A program made the position numbers and the translations under genes. A DNA stretch of 35,953 nt from Patescibacteria group bacterium (GTDB lineage: Bacteria > Patescibacteriota > Minisyncoccia > Phycocordibacterales > UBA2100): NCBI GenBank assembly GCA_015491135.1, contig WFWK01000070.1, forward strand, positions 1 to 35,953. Direction: 5' to 3'. A model generated the notes under the pieces. It was not told the origin of the DNA and ran no database searches. It saw nothing but the letters and a program-made list of their open reading frames with translations. Shown piece by piece: positions 9,089 to 17,129 of the stretch (positions are counted from its first letter, which is position 1; the number at the start of each line of letters is the position of its first letter).

Positions 9089-9191
9089 CAGCTCTGGACA
9101 AGTGCTTAAAAATACTTGCTGGTAATTTATCCACAAGACAAGTTTTTGCAAGTTGTTTAAAATCTAAGCATTAGAAGAATAAAAAAAGCGC

Positions 9192-11516
9192 ATGACTAAA
9201 AAGGCAAGTACTACTCAAAAAAAGTACCAAAAATTTGTGCCGAAAATACGAAAAAGAGACGGCTCTTTGGTGCCATTTGAGTTTGACAAAATAGCAAGAG
9301 CGATACACAAAGCAATGATAGCTTCCAAAGAAGGCTCGGAGGAAGAAGCCGTATTGGTTGCTCATAAGGTAGTGGCTGACATTGTTCGCATAGCTCGCAA
9401 GTACAAAGATTTTATACCTACGGTTGAAGGAATTCAGGATGAAGTGGAAAGGCAACTAATGCTTTCTGACTATGTAAATACGGCCAAAAATTACATTTTA
9501 TACCGCGCGGAGAGAAATAAGATGCGCGAGCAAAAGCGTATTGAGATTCCAGAGCATGTTCGCAAGCTGGTAAAGGAGAGTAAAAAGTATTTCAAGGACA
9601 ATCCGTTGGGTGAGTTTGTCTATACAAGAACTTACGCGCGCTGGATTCCCGAGGAAAATAGAAGAGAGACATGGATAGAAACAGTTGACAGATACATGTC
9701 TTTCATGAAAGAGAATTTGGGCAAAAAACTGAAAAGTAAAGAGTATGAAGAGTTGCGTGAAGCGATCCTAAAACAGGAAGTTATGCCTTCTATGAGACTT
9801 ATGCAGTTTGCAGGCCCGGCAGCGAGAAGATGTAACGTTGTTGCGTATAACTGTTCATACATTGCCCCCACCAAGCTGACGGATTTTGCCGAAATAATGT
9901 ATCTATCAATGAGCGGAACCGGGGTTGGATTTTCAGTTGAAAGTGATACTGTGCAGAAACTGCCACAGATAAAAAGACAAACGGGAGAAAAATTGCCAAC
10001 ACATGTTGTGGCCGATTCAAAAGAAGGGTGGTGTGACGCTTTGACCGCCGGTTTGAAAGCTTGGTACTCCGGAAAAGATATAGATTTTGATTATTCAAAA
10101 CTGCGCCCCGCAGGAGCGCGCTTAAAGACCATGGGGGGTAAAAGCTCCGGTCCGGATCCTCTTAGAAGTCTTATGCAGTTTGCACGCGAGAGGATTTTAT
10201 CAAGACAGGGTAAGAGACTTCGCAACATAGATGTACATGACATAATTTGTAAAATAGGTGAGGTTGTTGTCGCCGGAGGAACTCGCAGAAGTGCCATGAT
10301 ATCCCTGTCTGATTTGGATGACGAGCTAATGCGCGATGCTAAAAAGGGAGCGTTTTATACCACAGACCCTCACAGAATGATGGCCAACAACTCGGCTATT
10401 TATTTGGAAAAACCGACAGCCAGCCAGTTTTTGGAAGAGTGGCTTGCGCTGGTTAAAAGCGGCTCCGGAGAAAGAGGCATTTTCAACAGAGGATCACTGA
10501 AAAATCAAATCCCGGAGAGAAGACTGGAGTACTTCAGAAAGAAGTTCAAAATCAAAAAGGGCGCCGATGTGGGGCCATTGCCGCTTGGTACGAACCCGTG
10601 TGGCGAGGTGCTGTTGCAATCAAAACAGTTCTGTAACCTCACCGAAGTTATAGCTCGCAAAAAAGACACGGAGAAAACCTTACTTAGGAAAGCGAGATTG
10701 GCCGCCATATTGGGAACTTATCAAGCTTCTCTGACCAACTTTAAGTACCTCTCAAAACAATGGAAAAAGAATGTGGAGGAAGAAGCTTTGCTGGGTGTGT
10801 CAATTACAGGGCAGTGGGATTCACCGGCTGTTAGAAACCCAAAAACTTTAAGAAAAATGAGAGAGATGGTAGTTAAAACAAACCAAGAGTTTGCAAAGCG
10901 TTTTGGCATAAATCCTGCTACCGCCGCCACAAGTATAAAACCGTCAGGAACCGTCTCACAAACATTTGACACTTCCTCGGGAATGCACCCGCGTCATGCG
11001 CAATACTACATAAGACGAATCAGAATTTCGGCAACCGATGCTTTGTTTAAATTAATGAAAGACCAAGGTGTTCCTTATCACCCCGAGGTTGGACAAGATC
11101 CGAAAAATCCGAACACGTATGTGTTGGAGTTTCCGGTTAAAGCACCTGAAGGCTCGGTGTTTAAAGACGATCTGTCAGCTATAGAGCAACTTGAGTACTG
11201 GAAGATGGTTAAGCTAAACTACACGGAGCACAACCCTTCCGTTACCATCTCGGTTGGAGAAGACGAGTGGATTGAAGTTGCAAATTGGCTTTATGAAAAC
11301 TGGGACATACTAGGTGGACTTTCATTCTTGCCTCGCTCTGATTTTGTCTACCAACTTGCTCCATATGAGGAGATAACAAAAGAAGAGTATGAAAAATTAA
11401 AGAAACGCGTAAAAGATATTGACTACGCAAAGCTTATGCTCTATGAGATGGAAGATGAGACAGATGTTAAAAAAGAGCTCGCTTGTGCCGGTGGAGTTTG
11501 TGAGATTGAAATTTAA
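9192..11516 (+). CDS. nrdJ: class II (adenosylcobalamin-dependent) ribonucleotide reductase with N-terminal ATP-cone
   Basis: ATP-cone KIRKRDGSLVPFEFDKIARAIHKA, active-site TNPCGE, and C-terminal Cys pair CAGGVCEI. The protein is 774 aa and no separate beta subunit gene is nearby. Confidence 0.85.
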   Translation: MTKKASTTQKKYQKFVPKIRKRDGSLVPFEFDKIARAIHKAMIASKEGSEEEAVLVAHKVVADIVRIARKYKDFIPTVEGIQDEVERQLMLSDYVNTAKNYILYRAERNKMREQKRIEIPEHVRKLVKESKKYFKDNPLGEFVYTRTYARWIPEENRRETWIETVDRYMSFMKENLGKKLKSKEYEELREAILKQEVMPSMRLMQFAGPAARRCNVVAYNCSYIAPTKLTDFAEIMYLSMSGTGVGFSVESDTVQKLPQIKRQTGEKLPTHVVADSKEGWCDALTAGLKAWYSGKDIDFDYSKLRPAGARLKTMGGKSSGPDPLRSLMQFARERILSRQGKRLRNIDVHDIICKIGEVVVAGGTRRSAMISLSDLDDELMRDAKKGAFYTTDPHRMMANNSAIYLEKPTASQFLEEWLALVKSGSGERGIFNRGSLKNQIPERRLEYFRKKFKIKKGADVGPLPLGTNPCGEVLLQSKQFCNLTEVIARKKDTEKTLLRKARLAAILGTYQASLTNFKYLSKQWKKNVEEEALLGVSITGQWDSPAVRNPKTLRKMREMVVKTNQEFAKRFGINPATAATSIKPSGTVSQTFDTSSGMHPRHAQYYIRRIRISATDALFKLMKDQGVPYHPEVGQDPKNPNTYVLEFPVKAPEGSVFKDDLSAIEQLEYWKMVKLNYTEHNPSVTISVGEDEWIEVANWLYENWDILGGLSFLPRSDFVYQLAPYEEITKEEYEKLKKRVKDIDYAKLMLYEMEDETDVKKELACAGGVCEIEI

Positions 11517-11533
11517 AACCGAAACTAAGTAGA

Positions 11534-11568
11534 AAAACCGCCACCGATTTAGCTTCGGTGGCGGTTTT
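11534..11568. terminator. bidirectional terminator between nrdJ and rdgB
   Basis: AAAACCGCCACCGA-TTTAGC-TTCGGTGGCGGTTTT between convergent genes. Confidence 0.8.
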
Positions 11569-11622
11569 ATATTTATAATTGTTTTCAAACAAGCTTTATG
11601 TTGTTTTGGAAATAGGTATTTT

Positions 11623-12183
11623 CTACGATTGCAATTCTTTTATCATTTTTTCAAGCGCCAGCTTGCGCATTGATATACTGTTTTTCTCCTCGGGAGACAT
11701 CTCAGCAAAGGTTTTCTCATATCCGTCGGGTATGAATATAAAATCCCAACCAAATCCGTTATTTCCGGATTTTTCTTTTGATATAACACCTTTCAGCTCC
11801 CCGGTGAAGATGTGTGTTTTTGAGCCGTCAAAAAATGCTACAGCGGTTTTTGCCACAGCTTCTCTTTCTTGTTCGTTTTCAAGCATTTTTAAAATTCCAT
11901 CAACTCCCACTGTAAAGAGGAACCATTTTATAAGCGCTCCCGGGAGTTTATTCCAAGCTGTAAATTCCAAGGAAGAGTCTTCAACCAAAGTTGGTTTTCC
12001 GATCAGTTTGTAAGCTACTTTTGCTTTTTCTTCAACCACTTTTTCTACATCAATTTCTTGTATTTCAGGTAAATCAACCGAGACTGCTTCCAGTTCGGAG
12101 TTTAAAATTTCACTAAACTCTCTCAATTTGTTTTTGTTTCCGGTGGCAAAATATTTTGGAACATATTTATTGTTTGCTTGCAT
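11623..12183 (-). CDS. rdgB: non-canonical purine NTP pyrophosphatase (Ham1/RdgB family)
   Basis: FATGNKNKLREF, EDSSLE and GFGWDFIFIP motifs. The ATG lies 10 nt downstream of the tRNA-Thr(CGT) 3' end. Confidence 0.85.
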   Translation of the reverse strand: MQANNKYVPKYFATGNKNKLREFSEILNSELEAVSVDLPEIQEIDVEKVVEEKAKVAYKLIGKPTLVEDSSLEFTAWNKLPGALIKWFLFTVGVDGILKMLENEQEREAVAKTAVAFFDGSKTHIFTGELKGVISKEKSGNNGFGWDFIFIPDGYEKTFAEMSPEEKNSISMRKLALEKMIKELQS

Positions 12184-12193
12184 ACTAATTTAG

Positions 12194-12266
12194 AGCCGAG
12201 AACGGGACTCGAACCCGTGACCTACCGCTTACGAAGCGGTTGCTCTACCAACTGAGCTATCTCGGC
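12194..12266 (-). tRNA. tRNA-Thr (anticodon CGT)
   Basis: Manual cloverleaf: acceptor GCCGAGA/TCTCGGC, D arm GCTCAGTTGGTAGAGC, anticodon stem ACCGC/GCGGT with loop TTCGTAA, T arm ACGGG-TTCGAGT-CCCGT. No CCA is encoded. Confidence 0.9.
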
Positions 12267-12319
12267 TTAACAAGACTGGTGATTGTAATGGTTTCAAATT
12301 CATGACAAATCAATTTTTG

Positions 12320-12392
12320 AGCCACTGTCCGGGATCGAACCGGAGACCTCACCCTTACCATGGGTGCGCTCTACCTACTGAGCTACAGTGGC
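12320..12392 (-). tRNA. tRNA-Thr (anticodon GGT)
   Basis: Manual cloverleaf: acceptor GCCACTG/CAGTGGC, anticodon stem CACCC/GGGTG with loop ATGGTAA, T arm TCCGG-TTCGATC-CCGGA. A TATAAT -10 lies on the minus strand at 12416-12421. Confidence 0.9.
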
Positions 12393-12459
12393 AACTCAAA
12401 GGTATTTTGCCAAAAATTATAAATTCTGCAACCGACAAAATTACACAAAAAATCAAAAC

Positions 12460-12631
12460 AAAAAAGCGGAGGCATCACATAGGGGTGATACTGTTGCAGA
12501 GCCACTCGAGGAGGTTCTGTGGACGAACCTTCTCTCTGTCCGCACCATCTCAAATGCGGCTGGAGTTACAACAGTGACCCGTAGATGGGTCGCCTCCGCG
12601 AGATTCCGGGATGGCGCCCTCCCGGAACCAC
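12460..12631 (-). ncRNA. unclassified structured RNA (~170 nt) with its own promoter and U-tract
   Basis: A GC-rich island in an AT-rich spacer. Helices: closing helix 12466-12473/12592-12599 (GCGGAGGC/GCCTCCGC), helix 12490-12496/12569-12575, 10-bp hairpin 12509-12535, hairpins 12474-12489, 12576-12591 and 12606-12625. On the minus strand it is preceded by TTGACT-16 nt-TGTTATAAC (12636-12663) and followed by TTTTTT directly after the closing helix. Confidence 0.6.
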
Positions 12632-12635
12632 TTTA

Positions 12636-12663
12636 GTTATAACACACTTCAACATTAAGTCAA
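12636..12663 (-). promoter_or_regulatory. sigma70-type promoter for the unclassified RNA
   Basis: On the minus strand, -35 TTGACT (12658-12663), a 16-nt spacer, and TG-extended -10 TATAAC (12636-12641). The predicted transcription start is near 12629-12631. Confidence 0.55.
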
Positions 12664-12730
12664 TACAACAAGTTCGGACCTTGTAATTTAAAAAACTGAC
12701 TTCTCTGTTTTTTCATGTTAAAATTATTTT

Positions 12731-13432
12731 ATGGTTATTTTGGAAAAACCTCATCTTGGAAAAAAATTTGAAGTGGTTGTAGATGGGCAAACTTTTAGAC
12801 GTTTTCCGGTTAAAACCAAAGTTATAATGCCGGGCGATAATTTGGCGCAAATAATAGTTGATGAACTGAAAGATATGGCTTCAGACGGAGATGTGATTTT
12901 AGTTGCCGAATCCGCTTTAGCGGCCGATCAAGGCAGAGCAATTCCGGTCGAAAAAATAAAGCCGGGATTTTGGGCGAATTTTTTGACAAAATACATGACA
13001 AAAACTGAAGCCGGAATAGGAGCTTCAGATCCGCTTACCATGCAGGTTGTAATAGATGAAGTTGGTCTTTTTAAAGTTTTGCTTGGCGCATCTGCTGCCG
13101 CGGTTACAAAACCCTTTGGAATTAAAGGTGTTTTTTACAGAATAGTTGGCGATCAAGCTCGTGGAGTTGACGGTCCGGCCGATTATGTTATTCCTCCATA
13201 TAACAGACATGTGGTGCGAAATCCTTTGAATCCGGGGAAATGGGCAAAAGAAGTTGAGGGTATGTTTGACAAAAAAGTTGTCGTTATGGTAATGGATGCA
13301 AATGATTTGGGGGTAAATATTTTAGAGCCTGAGACGGCAGAGCTTGAGAAGCTTGGATTAGAGCTTGCTTTTGATAACCCTCTTGGACAGAGTGACGAGT
13401 CAACTCCCGTTTTGTGGTGCAAAAAACTCTGA
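12731..13432 (+). CDS. CofE-like (F420-0:gamma-glutamyl ligase family) domain protein
   Basis: The pattern PGDNLAQIIVD...DGDVILVAESALAADQGRA...DNPLGQSDESTPV resembles CofE-family proteins. The call comes from motif memory and is not verified. The gene ends in TGA. Confidence 0.5.
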   Translation: MVILEKPHLGKKFEVVVDGQTFRRFPVKTKVIMPGDNLAQIIVDELKDMASDGDVILVAESALAADQGRAIPVEKIKPGFWANFLTKYMTKTEAGIGASDPLTMQVVIDEVGLFKVLLGASAAAVTKPFGIKGVFYRIVGDQARGVDGPADYVIPPYNRHVVRNPLNPGKWAKEVEGMFDKKVVVMVMDANDLGVNILEPETAELEKLGLELAFDNPLGQSDESTPVLWCKKL

Positions 13433-13483
13433 GGCGCAAAGTTGCAGGGTTTGCAGAATTCCTAAATTATGTAAACTTTCGGT

Positions 13484-14335
13484 ATGAACTCTGATGATAT
13501 CAAGCAAAAACTTAAAGAAATTGAAAAACAAATGAGTGACCCACAGTTTTGGTCTGACCCGCAAAAAGCTCAAGAAGTAGTTGCTGAATATCAAGCGCTA
13601 AAAGAGGGGAAAACCTCTTTTGATAAATACGACAATGGCGGAGCGATAGTTCGTCTTATGTCCGGAGCCGGTGGAGATGATGCAGAAGATTTCACAAAAA
13701 TGCTCTACAGAATGTACACGCGTTTTGTACAAGAGAAAAATTGGGAAATTAAAATTTTGGATGTAAACGAAAGTTCTGCCGGTTTAAGAAGCATATCTTT
13801 TGAAGTTGTGGGAGTTGGCGTTTATGGTGAACTGAAAAACGAAAGCGGTGTGCACAGATTGGTTAGAATATCACCATTTAACGCTCAAGGGAAAAGACAA
13901 ACCAGTTTTGCTATGGTGGAGGTTTTGCCAATTGTCTCAATGTCCGAAGTTTCTCTCAAAGATGAAGATTTGGAGATATCTTTTTCGCGTTCAGGCGGAA
14001 AAGGCGGGCAGAACGTAAACAAAGTTGAAACGGCGGTTAGAATTAAACACATACCGACAGGAATTGTGGTGAAGTGCACAGAAGAGAGAACTCAGCAGAG
14101 AAACAGAGAAAAAGCTCTGCAGATGTTAGCGGGAAAACTTTTTGCGCTTCAACAGGAAAAGCAAAAACAAGAGCAGGAAGAGTATGCAGTTTCAAAAACC
14201 GTTAAAAACGAATGGGGTTCACAAAGGAGAAGCTATATTTTGCATCCTTACAAAAAAGTGAAAGACCATCTGACAGAGAAAGAAACATCGGATGTTGACT
14301 CTGTGCTTGATGGCAATCTCGAGCTTATAAAGTAG
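13484..14335 (+). CDS. prfB: peptide chain release factor 2, short form
   Basis: SPF tripeptide ([16 protein letters not shown]), GGQ motif ([27 protein letters not shown]) and the WGSQRRSY tail. It is a single ORF of 283 aa with no CTT-TGA frameshift site. Confidence 0.85.
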   Translation: MNSDDIKQKLKEIEKQMSDPQFWSDPQKAQEVVAEYQALKEGKTSFDKYDNGGAIVRLMSGAGGDDAEDFTKMLYRMYTRFVQEKNWEIKILDVNESSAGLRSISFEVVGVGVYGELKNESGVHRLVRISPFNAQGKRQTSFAMVEVLPIVSMSEVSLKDEDLEISFSRSGGKGGQNVNKVETAVRIKHIPTGIVVKCTEERTQQRNREKALQMLAGKLFALQQEKQKQEQEEYAVSKTVKNEWGSQRRSYILHPYKKVKDHLTEKETSDVDSVLDGNLELIK

Positions 14336-14361
14336 TTTTTAATTCATGATATAATCCTTGA

Positions 14362-16116
14362 ATGCGAAGACTTTTAAAATACTATTGGCCTCATATTAAA
14401 AAGAGACTCTTTGCTTTTGTTGCCATTTTATTTATCTATGCAATCGGGACAACCTTTTTCAGGCTTGTTTTGCCGATTATTTACAAAAACATAATAGATT
14501 ATATTTCAACTCATGACCCGAAACTTGCATTTACCGGTGTTTTGGCATTGCTTGCATCTTATATTTTCTTTAATTTAATTGCACAGTCGGGATACAGCTC
14601 CGGTAACTATGTAATGTCGACAACACAGAGTAAAATTTTAAAAGACATAGCATTTGACGCTTTTGAGCGACTGCAAAGACACTCTCACACTTTCTTTTCT
14701 AATCAATTTATAGGCTCTCTGGTAGCAAAAGCAAGAAGATATACGGATTCATTTGAAACTTTGCATGACCAGTTTGTTTTTACCTTTTGGTTAAACGGTT
14801 TGCATCTTATCTTTGCAATTTCAGTTTTATGGTATTACACAAAATTTGTTGGGATTTTGTTTTTGGTGTGGTCTGCGCTGTTTATTATCGTTACAAAACT
14901 GATTCTTAACAAAAAAAGAAAACTTGACCTGGCGCATGCCGAGGCTAAATCAAAGACAACCGGTGAGCTTGCAGACATTTTAACCAACATCTTAACGGTA
15001 AAAATGTTTGCAAAAGAAAAATATGAGAAAACAAGATTCAATAAAACTTTAGCTGACGAAGAGACAAAACGCGCAAGAGCATGGAGAATGGGAGACCATC
15101 AAAGACTTTTCCAAGGTGTCTTTACGATGATTTTTCAAGTTTCAGTTTTGGCTTTGTCGGTGTATCTGTGGGGTCTGGGCGAGATTACAGCCGGGGTTGT
15201 GGCCTTGGCTTATATGTATGCAAAAGAAGTTTCCGATTTGGTGTGGAATTTGGGCAGATCAATGGGTCTTACCGTGTCTGCTCTCTCAGATGCGCAGGAG
15301 ATGGTGGACATTTTTGAGATAGAGCCGGATGTAAAAGATCCGGAAAATCCATTACCGTTTACGGTTAAAAAAGGAGATATAGATATTGAGAAAATAAAAT
15401 TCCAATACAGCGACGATGAAAAAAGGGCTATTTTTAACAATTTTTCTCTACACATAAAATCCGGAGAGAAGGTTGGGTTGGTTGGGCATTCCGGCTCAGG
15501 CAAAACAACTCTTGTTAAGTTGCTTTTAAGATTTTTTGATGTTCAAGAAGGAGAGATAAAAATAGACGGGCAAAATATTAAAAATGTCTTGCAAAGTGAT
15601 TTGCGAAAACACATAGGATTTGTTCCGCAAGAGCCCTTGCTTTTTCACAGAAGTATTGCCGAGAATATCGGATATGGAAAGCAAGGAGCTACATTTGATG
15701 AAATAGTTCAAGCGGCAAAATTGGCAAATGCGCATGAGTTTATAGAGCAGTTGCCCGAAGGGTATGACACTTTTGTCGGTGAGCGAGGTGTAAAGTTATC
15801 CGGCGGGCAAAGGCAAAGAATAGCTATAGCAAGAGCCATTCTTAAAGATGCGCCGATTTTGATATTGGATGAGGCAACAAGCGCACTTGACAGTGAAAGT
15901 GAAAAACTGATTCAAGAGGCCCTGCTTAAGCTTATGGAGAACAAAACGGCGATTGTGGTGGCGCACCGTTTAAGTACTATAAAACATTTGGATAGACTTT
16001 TGGTGTTTGAAAACGGTAAAATAATAGAAGAGGGGACACATGAGGAGTTGATAAACAAAGGTGGGAAGTACGCGACATTTTGGAAATATCAGAGTGAATC
16101 ATTGCTCGGAGATTAG
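14362..16116 (+). CDS. ABC exporter, fused permease/ATPase (MsbA-like)
   Basis: Six-TM N-terminal domain, Walker A GHSGSGKTT, signature LSGGQRQRIAIARA, Walker B ILILDEATSALD. Confidence 0.9.
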   Translation: MRRLLKYYWPHIKKRLFAFVAILFIYAIGTTFFRLVLPIIYKNIIDYISTHDPKLAFTGVLALLASYIFFNLIAQSGYSSGNYVMSTTQSKILKDIAFDAFERLQRHSHTFFSNQFIGSLVAKARRYTDSFETLHDQFVFTFWLNGLHLIFAISVLWYYTKFVGILFLVWSALFIIVTKLILNKKRKLDLAHAEAKSKTTGELADILTNILTVKMFAKEKYEKTRFNKTLADEETKRARAWRMGDHQRLFQGVFTMIFQVSVLALSVYLWGLGEITAGVVALAYMYAKEVSDLVWNLGRSMGLTVSALSDAQEMVDIFEIEPDVKDPENPLPFTVKKGDIDIEKIKFQYSDDEKRAIFNNFSLHIKSGEKVGLVGHSGSGKTTLVKLLLRFFDVQEGEIKIDGQNIKNVLQSDLRKHIGFVPQEPLLFHRSIAENIGYGKQGATFDEIVQAAKLANAHEFIEQLPEGYDTFVGERGVKLSGGQRQRIAIARAILKDAPILILDEATSALDSESEKLIQEALLKLMENKTAIVVAHRLSTIKHLDRLLVFENGKIIEEGTHEELINKGGKYATFWKYQSESLLGD

Positions 16117-16272
16117 ACTTGTCCCCAAATAATCACTTTGCTCATTTTGGCAATTTTTAGCTGCGACTTGCTTCGTCAACACTCACCGATGCGCTGCATC
16201 GGCTCGGTTTCCTCAGCGTCGTCTCGCTCAAAAATTGCTCAAAATTCACTTTGTGTTATTTAGGGGCAAGTC
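16116..16272 (+). repeat. CCCAAA palindrome family copy interrupted by a 106-bp nested element
   Basis: The arms are GACTTGTCCCCAAATAA (16116-16132) and TTATTTAGGGGCAAGTC (16256-16272). The left arm overlaps the last base of the ABC exporter stop codon. Confidence 0.8.
16141..16246. mobile_element. MITE-like 106-bp element with ~16-bp terminal inverted repeats and a 7-bp target duplication
   Basis: TIRs ATTTTGGCAATTTTT and AAAAATTGCTCAAAAT. CACTTTG is duplicated at 16134-16140 and 16247-16253. The interior is a long imperfect palindrome centred on CCGATGC-GC-TGCATCGG. Confidence 0.65.
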
Positions 16273-16328
16273 TATTAATTACCCACAACCGTTAAATCTT
16301 TTTTTAAAGTTGTGTTATACTTGTGGCA

Positions 16329-17009
16329 ATGTTGGAGTTTAAAAATGTTACCAAACTCTACAATGGTGGCAGACCTGCCGTTGAAAACGTTAATTTTTCG
16401 GTTGATCCGGGTGAATTTATCTCAATAGTTGGACACTCCGGTGCCGGCAAATCAACTCTTTTGATGATGATTTTGGGTGAAGTTTTTCCCACTAAAGGTG
16501 AAGTTTTGTTTGAAGGCAGAAACATTCCTTCAATGTCTCAAAAAGATATCAAGAATTTACGAAGAAGAATCGGAGTGATTTTCCAAGATTTTAGACTTCT
16601 TCCAAGTAAAACAGTATATGAAAATATAGCTTTTGCCATGGAGGCGGTTGGACAAACGGAGGAAGAAATAATAGCCGATGTACCGCACGTTCTAGAGCTG
16701 GTTGATTTGTATGATAAAAAAGACTACTTTCCTCATGAACTTTCCGGAGGCGAAAGACAAAGAACGGCAATAGCGCGCGCAATAGTAAATCAGCCGGATT
16801 TGATAATAGCCGATGAGCCAACCGGAAACCTTGACCCGATAAACACCTACGAGATTGTGCAAATTCTCAAAAAGATAAACGATCTGGGCACGACAATTAT
16901 TCTGACAACCCACAACAAGGGAGTAATAGACGCGCTCGGAAAAAGGGTTATAACAATGGATTCCGGAAGAATAATAAGAGATGACCATGCGGGGCATTAC
17001 AGTTTATAA
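16329..17009 (+). CDS. ftsE: cell division ATP-binding protein FtsE
   Basis: Walker A GHSGAGKST, signature LSGGERQRTAIARA, Walker B LIIADEPTGNLD. It is immediately upstream of ftsX. I prefer the ATG at 16329 to the GTG at 16323. Confidence 0.85.
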   Translation: MLEFKNVTKLYNGGRPAVENVNFSVDPGEFISIVGHSGAGKSTLLMMILGEVFPTKGEVLFEGRNIPSMSQKDIKNLRRRIGVIFQDFRLLPSKTVYENIAFAMEAVGQTEEEIIADVPHVLELVDLYDKKDYFPHELSGGERQRTAIARAIVNQPDLIIADEPTGNLDPINTYEIVQILKKINDLGTTIILTTHNKGVIDALGKRVITMDSGRIIRDDHAGHYSL

Positions 17010-17010
17010 T

Positions 17011-17107
17011 GGACTTATTCCCAAACAAGCACCTTGTTTACCGAGCCCTAAATTTATTTAGGGCTCGGTTGCCTAAAATGCACTTTGTGTTGTTTGGGAA
17101 CAAGTCC
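17011..17107 (+). repeat. CCCAAA palindrome family copy interrupted by a 43-bp nested hairpin element
   Basis: The arms are GGACTTATTCCCAAACAA (17011-17028) and TTGTTTGGGAACAAGTCC (17090-17107). The insert at 17037-17079 is flanked by GCACCTTG and GCACTTTG. The copy starts 2 nt after the ftsE stop. Confidence 0.8.
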
Positions 17108-17129
17108 ATGTTATAATTAAAGCAAGTTT

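Noticed and set aside
12460-12631. Identification of the structured RNA as RNase P RNA, SRP RNA, tmRNA, 5S or 6S RNA, or a riboswitch for the CofE-like gene
   Set aside because: It is too short for RNase P and lacks GAGGAAAGUCC, and only a weak ACAGAACC resemblance is present. It has no GNRA-capped SRP helix 8 motif, no tRNA-like domain and no long single hairpin. The promoter and U-tract are on the minus strand, pointing away from the CofE-like gene, which argues against a plus-strand riboswitch.
12302-12636. Predicted ORFs of 91 aa and 82 aa
   Set aside because: They run antisense through tRNA-Thr(GGT) and across the structured RNA. The region is better explained by RNA genes.
13433-13560. 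Programmed +1 frameshift site in prfB
   Set aside because: There is no CTT TGA C motif and no short upstream ORF. The gene reads through as a single frame from the ATG at 13484.
16117-16322. A protein-coding gene or riboswitch in the 206-bp spacer between the ABC exporter and ftsE
   Set aside because: The spacer is fully accounted for by the palindrome copy with its nested MITE-like element (16116-16272) and the ftsE -10 element (16316-16321). It has no ORF of meaningful length.
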